Shown: piece by piece, positions 1 through 6,218 of the stretch
How positions within the stretch are numbered: position 1 is the first letter of the stretch
Layout: each line of letters begins with the position of its first letter
IMG/VR virus record: IMGVR_UViG_3300032280_000753
Coordinates: 77,403-141,402 of that record
Reading direction: 5' to 3' (one strand)
DNA from: a virus
Lineage: Duplodnaviria; Caudoviricetes
Length of the DNA stretch: 64,000 bases
Translations under genes and position numbers: made by a program
The notes under the pieces: model-generated
What the model saw: the letters and a program-made list of their open reading frames with translations, nothing else
What the model was told of the DNA's origin: nothing
Databases searched by the model: none

Positions 1-39
1 TCCGCCAGATAATGCTATTGTTTGATTTTCTATTGTCAT
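1..39 (-). CDS. 5' end of a gene running off the left edge (MTIENQTIALSGG...), possibly a cytidylyltransferase-like or PP-loop protein
   Basis: ATG at 39 with the frame open to the edge. Only 13 codons are visible; a hydrophobic strand followed by SGG resembles the SGGFD/SGGxDS nucleotide-binding starts. Confidence 0.3.
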   Translation of the reverse strand, partial: MTIENQTIALSGG

Positions 40-74
40 GTTTATAGTTTATTATTTAACTTAACATTTTCTTA

Positions 75-2123
75 TCACATTACGAAAACTTTACCAATAG
101 ATGCACCAAGAATAATTTCTAAATCACCTTCTATTTCCAAAGCAATACTTTCCAGTTCTGATGTGTTGATTGCTTCACGGGCTTCTTCATCTTTACTGTA
201 ACGAGTTTGTTTGCGACCCCAACCTGCAATTCCAGTAATAATAGATTGTGGCAATGGATTAAACGTAATCTTACCAGTTAAAAGATATTGAGCCAATAAC
301 TCATAAGCAAACTCATACCAATTACGCATTTTATTGTCACGAGCACTCTTCATCGTGCCAAGTTGTTGAGCTACATATTTTAATATTTTGTCTCGACCGG
401 CATTACCTTGGAAATCATATGTTTTGCCATAAACATCAATTCCATAAACTTCTTTTAGTATATCTGCGATACGTTTACGCAAATCTTTAATAAATTCTTG
501 CCATTTCTCCGCTGGAAATCCTCTTCCCCTTGCGAGAGCATGACCTAAACGATGTGCCAATATCCATCCAGATGACATATAACGTTCAGCACCCGTGTTA
601 CTTGTATATATAATCGTTATTGTGTTGCCGTCAGGATCTGGAATTTCATCAGCAGTAAGTTTCATCTTGTCTCTTACGAAACTCATATCAACTAAACCGA
701 CTTCTCTAAACTGGGATTTGTTAACTCTTGGATCGTTAACAAGATACATATCAAAATCAAATGGAGTTTTTTCCCATTGTCGTTTAATCTTTTCTACACC
801 TCGTGGAGACGTTAAGATTTTTCTATCAACATCTCCGAAAGAAGAACGCCGACCCCAATCTCCAACAGTCTTAAACTGTCTGATCGCCATTTCATCTACT
901 TCTTCTGAGAATAGACTTTCCATCAATTTTTCAAGATTAGTTTTATTTTCTTTTAGCATTTCTTCGAATTTTTCTTTTTCACGATTTGCGATTGCAATTC
1001 CAAGTTCTCTTCCGCTTAGTTCTGGAAATTCATTGCTTGAAACTGTTGGCTCATATTCCAAAAATGATTGAATTGTTTTATTTGATATTCCCAAGGCTTC
1101 GGCAAAATATTTCAATGATGCATCTTTTAATCCACTAATTTTATATATTTTTTTCAATTTTAAAGCTATTTCCGGAGAAATGTTTTTGAAGTCGAGTAAA
1201 AATTGAACCTGTCTGATTTCATCTCCAGTATATTTTGCTTTATTTAGTTTTATAGCTACAGCTTTTGCATCATTGTTTTGCAATAAAAGTGCTAAAGCTA
1301 CTGGGATATCACTTGTTTCTGAATATTCTTTGTTAACAACCAGTCCTGGGAATATTTGCTCCCATAGATTGTAACGTTCTATCAGTTGATAAAAACTAAT
1401 AGGACTAATTGCAGATTTTATTCCTTTTAAGAATTCATCTCTTATTCTTTCCCCTGATACTCCTTCTAAAGAATTATCATCGGATATTGCTTCATCTGCT
1501 TCTTTATCTAATTTAGTCCCAAAACGAGCAGCAAATCTTAATGCTCTTAATATTCTTAATCTATCTTCATCAAATCTTTCTTTTGCATTGCCTACGGTTT
1601 TTACAACTTTGTTTTCTATGTCTTGTATGCCGCCTACATAGTCAACAATCTCTTTATTTGAGATATCATAAAAAAGAGCATTCATTGTTAAATCCCGACG
1701 ATTGACATCTTTTTCAATTGTTGCAAATTCAACACTATCAGGTCTTCTGCCTTTTCCTATGTCCGTTCTAAAAGTAGCGATTTCATAATCATTTCCTTCT
1801 GGAGTGATTATTTTAACAATACCAAATGCCCTACCCAATTCTAAAACTCTATACTCTGGATAAGCTTTTAGAATTTCTTCTACTTCATCTGGAGTAGCAT
1901 TCGTGGTTACATCAAAATCTTTAGGAGATTTACCAAGTAATGCATCTCTTACAGAGCCACCTACTAAATAAAAGTCTTTTCCAGAGCTTTTAAAAATATC
2001 TGACAATGTTTCTAAATCAGTCGGCAAAGTAATTTCAAATTTTTGTCTTACTTGTTCTGATAGTATTGTAGATATGTTTAATTCTTGCAGAAGTTTTACA
2101 AGATTAGTTTTATTAATTGCCAT
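75..2123 (-). CDS. cca: Class II tRNA nucleotidyltransferase (CCA-adding enzyme) fused to a ~290-aa C-terminal domain of unknown function
   Basis: Motifs GGSVRD...KDFD (catalytic DxD), RRDLTMNAL, EDRLRILRALRF and ERIRDEF. The GRRF poly(A) polymerase signature is absent. The extension after ~aa 390 contains AHRLGH. Confidence 0.9.
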   Translation of the reverse strand: MAINKTNLVKLLQELNISTILSEQVRQKFEITLPTDLETLSDIFKSSGKDFYLVGGSVRDALLGKSPKDFDVTTNATPDEVEEILKAYPEYRVLELGRAFGIVKIITPEGNDYEIATFRTDIGKGRRPDSVEFATIEKDVNRRDLTMNALFYDISNKEIVDYVGGIQDIENKVVKTVGNAKERFDEDRLRILRALRFAARFGTKLDKEADEAISDDNSLEGVSGERIRDEFLKGIKSAISPISFYQLIERYNLWEQIFPGLVVNKEYSETSDIPVALALLLQNNDAKAVAIKLNKAKYTGDEIRQVQFLLDFKNISPEIALKLKKIYKISGLKDASLKYFAEALGISNKTIQSFLEYEPTVSSNEFPELSGRELGIAIANREKEKFEEMLKENKTNLEKLMESLFSEEVDEMAIRQFKTVGDWGRRSSFGDVDRKILTSPRGVEKIKRQWEKTPFDFDMYLVNDPRVNKSQFREVGLVDMSFVRDKMKLTADEIPDPDGNTITIIYTSNTGAERYMSSGWILAHRLGHALARGRGFPAEKWQEFIKDLRKRIADILKEVYGIDVYGKTYDFQGNAGRDKILKYVAQQLGTMKSARDNKMRNWYEFAYELLAQYLLTGKITFNPLPQSIITGIAGWGRKQTRYSKDEEAREAINTSELESIALEIEGDLEIILGASIGKVFVM

Positions 2124-2155
2124 AGAGTTAAATATTGCGTTTATTTCCTATGACC

Positions 2156-2189
2156 AAAAGAAAAACCCCGATACTTTTAATATCGGGGT
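2156..2189 (-). terminator. Rho-independent terminator ending the tRNA/ncRNA transcript
   Basis: Perfect 9-bp stem ACCCCGATA/TATCGGGGT with a 7-nt loop, followed on the minus strand by TTTTCTTTT. Confidence 0.85.
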
Positions 2190-2191
2190 CG

Positions 2192-2385
2192 AAAAGTGAT
2201 AGTGTAGTCCTGATTTCATCAGATGGGTTAATCCTCCATCGGTGTCTACTTCGCTGCTATCACAACGAGCCTTCCAGGCTTTGGGGCTTTTTTTACGGAA
2301 GCTACTCCGCTTCATTCATAAGGAAACCAACCTTATTAGTCATACAGCTTATATGACACGTCAAACTCCGAGACGTGGAGTGGAA
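2192..2385 (-). ncRNA. Candidate structured ncRNA B (family unassigned)
   Basis: About 190 nt with no credible ORF, richer in GC than its flanks. Consecutive stems CACGUC/GACGUG, GUCAUA/UAUGAC, AUAAGG/CCUUAU, GCGGA/UCCGU and AGCC/GGCU, then a multibranch domain closed by GUGAUAG/CUAUCAC directly before the terminator. Confidence 0.6.
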
Positions 2386-2413
2386 AAATGATTTTCAAAA
2401 CATATTTATATAT

Positions 2414-3058
2414 ATGATAAAAATACAATGCACTTGCGATTTTTGCAATCAATCTTTCTTAAGGGAAAAAAAACAGTTTTATAAAAAACGTAAAAATATT
2501 TTTTGTAGTATTGAATGCTCCAATCAATATTATAACAAAGCAGTTATAACAGAATGCGGACATTGTAAAAAAACAGTTATCAAAAAACTAACAGAATATA
2601 AATCTTCAAAATCTGGCATGGTATTCTGCAACCATTCATGTTCTGCGACTTACAACAATACTCATAAATCTAAAGGAACAAGAGTATCTAAACTTGAAAT
2701 ATTCCTACGAGAAGAAATTACTAAAGAATATGCACAATTAGATATTCGTTATAACGAAAAAAATGCTATTAACTCTGAGCTTGACATATACATACCATCA
2801 CTCAAGCTTGCTTTTGAGCTAAATGGAATATTTCATTATGAACCAATATATGGTTCTGATAAGTTGGAAAAAATACAAAACAATGACAATCGTAAAATGC
2901 AAGCTTGTTTAGAACAGAACATTGAGTTGTGCATTATTGATACTTCATCTTTATCATATTTTAAAAAAGATAAAGCTTTGAAATATTATCAAATCGTTAA
3001 AAACTTGGTTGATGCAAAACTGCCAGGGCTGGGATCGAACCAGCGCCCATTCCGTTAA
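2414..3058 (+). CDS. Putative free-standing homing endonuclease (Zn-binding repeats plus a Vsr/DUF559-like PD-(D/E)xK domain)
   Basis: Two CxxC...FCxxxC repeats and the C-terminal motif ELDIYIPSLKLAFELNGIFHY. The start is more likely ATG 2414 (ATATTTA motif 5 nt upstream) than GTG 2375. The 3' end overlaps tRNA-Asn on the opposite strand. Confidence 0.7.
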   Translation: MIKIQCTCDFCNQSFLREKKQFYKKRKNIFCSIECSNQYYNKAVITECGHCKKTVIKKLTEYKSSKSGMVFCNHSCSATYNNTHKSKGTRVSKLEIFLREEITKEYAQLDIRYNEKNAINSELDIYIPSLKLAFELNGIFHYEPIYGSDKLEKIQNNDNRKMQACLEQNIELCIIDTSSLSYFKKDKALKYYQIVKNLVDAKLPGLGSNQRPFR

Positions 3059-3091
3059 CAGCGGAACGCTCTTCCTCTGAGCTACCTGGCA
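3020..3091 (-). tRNA. trnN: tRNA-Asn(GTT), no encoded CCA
   Basis: Cloverleaf: acceptor TGCCAGG/CCTGGCA, D arm GCTC/GAGC, anticodon arm TTCCG-CTGTTAA-CGGAA, T arm GCTGG-TTCGATC-CCAGC, discriminator G. Confidence 0.95.
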
Positions 3092-3171
3092 ATATAAACC
3101 CAGCATATCATACATCGCACATACTATATACTGAATTCATAACAATGATAGATACAAGTTCCATAAACATT

Positions 3172-3494
3172 ATAAAGTAGGCTTGCTTGCTTAACGCTTC
3201 TATCTGCGTTCTCTTTCCCGAGAAGGGGCTTTGTCACCATTGCTTTTTAGAAAGGAACACCTAAACCCTCATGGTTAGTCAGGTCGCTTCTGACTATCTC
3301 TAATCATCATGTTAGAGCTTATAATATATTATTTCCGATTTACAAGATTGCTCTTGATTTTCCCCAACCAGCATTATAGACCCAAATATTAAATTAGTGT
3401 GCTGGAGGCTACTTACGGCTCCTTTTATCCCATTGCCTTATCGGACCTCAAAGACGATGAACGGTCCATCGGATAGGATAGAAAACTTATCATT
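3172..3494 (-). ncRNA. Candidate structured ncRNA A between tRNA-Ala and tRNA-Asn (family unassigned)
   Basis: About 320 nt with stems UAUCCUAU/AUGGGAUA, GGACC/GGUCC, CCAGCA/UGCUGG, CAAGA-GCAA-UCUUG (GNRA loop), CUCUAA/UUAGAG, UAGUCAG/CUGACUA, ACCAU/AUGGU, UUCUC/GAGAA and AACGC/GCGUU. Confidence 0.6.
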
Positions 3495-3506
3495 TTTTAA
3501 AGAACA
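3495..3506 (-). promoter_or_regulatory. boxA-like antitermination element
   Basis: TGTTCTTTAAAA lies immediately downstream of tRNA-Ala and resembles the rrn boxA (TGCTCTTTAACA) in both sequence and position. Confidence 0.5.
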
Positions 3507-3509
3507 ATT

Positions 3510-3580
3510 TGGATCGGGTGAGAATCGAACTCACAAGTGCGCCGTGCAAAGGCACCAGTTTCCCATTAGCTTACCGACCC
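3510..3580 (-). tRNA. trnA: tRNA-Ala(TGC), no encoded CCA
   Basis: Acceptor GGGTCGG/CCGATCC with the G3:U70 alanine identity pair, anticodon loop TTTGCAC, T arm GTGAG-TTCGATT-CTCAC, discriminator A. Confidence 0.93.
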
Positions 3581-3597
3581 GTTTAACTTACTCAATA

Positions 3598-3626
3598 AAT
3601 ATAGTGGAGCAAGTTAAGTTTGTAAA
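3598..3626 (-). promoter_or_regulatory. sigma70-type promoter of the tRNA-Ala/ncRNA operon
   Basis: TTTACA-17 bp-TATATT. Confidence 0.7.
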
Positions 3627-3714
3627 CTATTTTTTTCAGCCGATCCAAAAAACTGTTAGTGTAGTAAGAAAAAATGCAACACTAATAATAATGATCATTG
3701 TTCTATCTTGCATA

Positions 3715-4542
3715 TCACTCCCCTCCCTTCTTTGCAATTTCCTTAACCTTCTTGCCACCAGGAATACGAACATCGCTATTTAGCAGCTTTTGATTGCGAC
3801 TCTGAACATAGGTGAAGTTCTGAAAATCATTGTGAACTTCATCAAACATCTTCTCTGCTTCATGTGCAGTATGAACATTCCCAATACGATTACGATAGGT
3901 TTCAAGCTTTGCAGTAAGACTTGCAACACTCATGGCAATGTCCATGATAGCCTGGGTATGCTGGGCACGCTTTGCCATAACAAACTCATTAACACTATCA
4001 CTATCAAGAGTAGCCTTTAGTTCAGCAACACGACGACGCTTAAGATCAAGCCATGCGTTTTCATACTGCTTATAAAGATACCTGTAAAGCTTATCGTGAT
4101 CTGTGTTGCTGCCCCAAGTATTTGTTACGTTATAACGAAGGAAATTGCGAACGGAACGCTCTGCATATGCCATACCATTAGGAGCAAATGCAATAACGGG
4201 ATCATCGTGATTAAATGAATTCGTGCTGGAATTAATGGGATAACGAATAACGTGTCCAACGTTGGAGTTGACATATCGGAACGTAACAGAATTAATTGTA
4301 TGATTACCCCACTTGATATTCTCAAAGGTAAGAGTTCGTCCAGCCTGATCATCAATTAGATTATCCATGATGCTATTACCGCCCCAACGATATAGACCCC
4401 GCCGTGAACGAAACTTATTCAGATACTCAATCTGCTCAAGCGTAGTCTTTGATGTAAACTTTTCCTCAGAACAAATACGTTCAAGTAGATTGCTATTGTC
4501 GATCTTAAAAATGGACTTAGGCATATTGTTTTCTTTCTTCAC
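3715..4542 (-). CDS. Hypothetical protein (275 aa, C-terminal coiled coil)
   Basis: Long ORF with a 4-nt overlap with the upstream gene; no recognisable motif. Confidence 0.7.
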   Translation of the reverse strand: MKKENNMPKSIFKIDNSNLLERICSEEKFTSKTTLEQIEYLNKFRSRRGLYRWGGNSIMDNLIDDQAGRTLTFENIKWGNHTINSVTFRYVNSNVGHVIRYPINSSTNSFNHDDPVIAFAPNGMAYAERSVRNFLRYNVTNTWGSNTDHDKLYRYLYKQYENAWLDLKRRRVAELKATLDSDSVNEFVMAKRAQHTQAIMDIAMSVASLTAKLETYRNRIGNVHTAHEAEKMFDEVHNDFQNFTYVQSRNQKLLNSDVRIPGGKKVKEIAKKGGE

Positions 4543-4982
4543 TTAACAGGGGAACAGTAATGACGGGGACTGAGATTTTTGTTCAACTGGATCCAGCCAA
4601 TCTTTTCGTTACAGAGAACCTTGATTTGATAGGCTTCGCAAAGATCATGCGTCGTATTATTAGTGCCGATAATGGTTTTATAGTCAGGCTTTCCAAGTAG
4701 GATAAAGATAGAACCCTTATCGATACGTGTAAAAAATATCTGTTTATTGGGGTAATCTATTAGATCATTACCTCGCCAACGAACATTAGTGCGTCGGCGT
4801 CTCTTACGATTAGTTTCTATAAGTTCAATCTTTGCGCTGGCGATTGCTACAGCGACATTAACTTGGTAAATCCCGCCCATCTTCCAGAAACGTTTGCCGC
4901 CTGGAATATGATCAATATGAGACAACCGCCCACGTTGAGGCAGCTTTTCTGCTATAACGATAGGACTATACACGGGGATCAC
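4539..4982 (-). CDS. Hypothetical protein (147 aa)
   Basis: GTG start overlaps the upstream stop (GTGA); same strand as its neighbours. Confidence 0.6.
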   Translation of the reverse strand: MIPVYSPIVIAEKLPQRGRLSHIDHIPGGKRFWKMGGIYQVNVAVAIASAKIELIETNRKRRRRTNVRWRGNDLIDYPNKQIFFTRIDKGSIFILLGKPDYKTIIGTNNTTHDLCEAYQIKVLCNEKIGWIQLNKNLSPRHYCSPVK

Positions 4983-5131
4983 CAGTTATCAGAAATACGA
5001 TAATCGTGCTTCTTTGCCTTGTCACGACGTGACCGGCGATCTCGCATAGGACCGCCCTTAAGATTGAAAAGCATAAACTCCGTGATAGCGGAGCGGCGCT
5101 TAGGTTCATTCTGCTTACGCTTATTGGACAT
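4979..5131 (-). CDS. Small basic protein (50 aa, MSNKRKQNEPKRRSAITEF...), not in the supplied ORF track
   Basis: ATG 6 nt downstream of a promoter -10 box; the stop is coupled to the next start. Confidence 0.65.
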   Translation of the reverse strand: MSNKRKQNEPKRRSAITEFMLFNLKGGPMRDRRSRRDKAKKHDYRISDNW

Positions 5132-5137
5132 ACAGTT

Positions 5138-5166
5138 AATATAACACGTCATTAACCGGTTTTAAA
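5138..5166 (-). promoter_or_regulatory. sigma70-type promoter, leaderless transcript
   Basis: TTTAAA-17 bp-TATATT with an extended TG; ATG 6 nt downstream. Confidence 0.65.
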
Positions 5167-5170
5167 CCAA

Positions 5171-5329
5171 TTAATCTTTAAAGCCTAACATGGCAAATGT
5201 GCAAAAAGGATATGTTAAACCGAAGCCTATCCAACGGATCCATGTATATTTTGACTTTAAAAGAAAATAACCTCCCCAAGCATATGGAAAGGTTATAAAC
5301 ATCAATAATATTGAAACAAGTTGTAGCAT
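5171..5329 (-). CDS. Small membrane protein (52 aa, two hydrophobic segments)
   Basis: MLQLVSILLMFITFPYAWGG...; the ATG lies just after tRNA-Glu. The longer version in the ORF track overlaps the tRNA. Confidence 0.5.
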   Translation of the reverse strand: MLQLVSILLMFITFPYAWGGYFLLKSKYTWIRWIGFGLTYPFCTFAMLGFKD

Positions 5330-5332
5330 TGA

Positions 5333-5407
5333 TAGCCCCAACGGGGTATGATCCCGTAGTCTCACGCCTTGAAAGGGCGGTGATTTAGCCAATTAATCTA
5401 TGGAGCC
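5333..5407 (-). tRNA. trnE: tRNA-Glu(TTC) with an atypical T loop, no encoded CCA
   Basis: Acceptor GGCTCCA/TGGGGCT, D arm GATT/AATC, anticodon loop CTTTCAA, T arm ACGGG-ATCATAC-CCCGT. Confidence 0.85.
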
Positions 5408-5419
5408 AGTTGATGATTA

Positions 5420-5448
5420 AATATAACAAGTAACCAACAATTTGTAAA
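5420..5448 (-). promoter_or_regulatory. sigma70-type promoter of tRNA-Glu
   Basis: TTTACA-17 bp-TATATT with an extended TG. Confidence 0.7.
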
Positions 5449-5478
5449 CTCATTTTTATTCAATCATCAAAAAAATAA

Positions 5479-6129
5479 TCAGTCTGGTAAACTCCAAAAT
5501 TGATTTAAAGTTTCACCGCATTCTATAGGTGTCCAGCCATTTCTGATATGTCTGTTTCTACGAAAATATCTTGCACCCCAATGGTCTATGCGGATATTGC
5601 AAGGATTTTCTGGACGTGTTCTTAATAACATACCGACGTGCTCATAAACTTGTCGGAAACCTTCACGTCTTGTAGACCAAGGTATTGATACCGTTTCACT
5701 CCATCCTTTTGGTTCTCTAAAGTTGTGAGTTAAGTGAGCAACCCATCTATGGTTGTCGGTTCTATTGAGATTGAAGGATAAAGGGGCATATGCTCTCATA
5801 ATGCCCATTGATATATCGCCTGTATTGCTTCTTGTTCTTAGAGCATGATATATCATAGTGCAATCATTTGTTCTAACTTGGAAGCCGCTCTCGCTTATGC
5901 ATATACGTGCAAGAGCTAATTGAATGTCTCTTGGTGCTGGACGCTCTACCTGCACCGGATTTGTAGCTGGGACTTCTAATGATGGGTCAGTTGATATATC
6001 ATTAGACCGGTCTTCGCAGCTTACGTTATTTGGCAATATTGGCTCTGGTCTTACCGGAGTAGGCTCAGTTATAAAACTGGCTCCGGTGAGGGCAAATAAT
6101 GCTGTGAGCATTAATAGTAATTTTCTCAT
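5479..6129 (-). CDS. Secreted protein, possibly a cell-wall hydrolase (SleB/Hydrolase_2-like or transglycosylase-like)
   Basis: Signal peptide MRKLLLMLTALFALTGA, a Pro-rich linker, and LALARICISESG with a candidate catalytic Glu at a helix end. AAGGAG RBS. Confidence 0.5.
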   Translation of the reverse strand: MRKLLLMLTALFALTGASFITEPTPVRPEPILPNNVSCEDRSNDISTDPSLEVPATNPVQVERPAPRDIQLALARICISESGFQVRTNDCTMIYHALRTRSNTGDISMGIMRAYAPLSFNLNRTDNHRWVAHLTHNFREPKGWSETVSIPWSTRREGFRQVYEHVGMLLRTRPENPCNIRIDHWGARYFRRNRHIRNGWTPIECGETLNQFWSLPD

Positions 6130-6142
6130 AATTTTTCTCCTT

Positions 6143-6182
6143 AAAAAACAAAAAACAGGCTATTTGTTTGGAATAGCCCGTT
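6143..6182 (-). terminator. Rho-independent terminator after lysS, possibly an attenuator
   Basis: Stem AACGGGCTATT/AATAGCCTGTT followed by a T-tract. Confidence 0.7.
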
Positions 6183-6218
6183 CGTTGCTATTTGTTGGTT
6201 AAACTTAATTATAGTCCA

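Noticed and set aside
75-2123. Poly(A) polymerase (pcnB) call
   Set aside because: It lacks the GRRF-type signature (reads LGRAFG) and sits beside CCA-less tRNAs.
2216-2222. CUGAUGA hammerhead core on the minus strand
   Set aside because: There is no downstream stem II-GAAA or cleavage triplet in the right arrangement; the bases form a simple hairpin.
2135-2356. 73-aa plus-strand ORF
   Set aside because: It is antisense to the terminator and RNA B, has a TTG start and no protein features.
2190-3500. Group I intron hosting the endonuclease, or tmRNA/RNase P RNA
   Set aside because: No interrupted gene, no correctly ordered P7 elements, no tmRNA termini or tag frame, and no GAGGAAAGUCC.
3397-3783. 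128-aa plus-strand ORF
   Set aside because: It is the antisense reading of tRNA-Ala, its promoter and RNA A.
5330-5392. N-terminal extension of the 73-aa ORF
   Set aside because: It lies within tRNA-Glu; the start was moved to ATG 5329.
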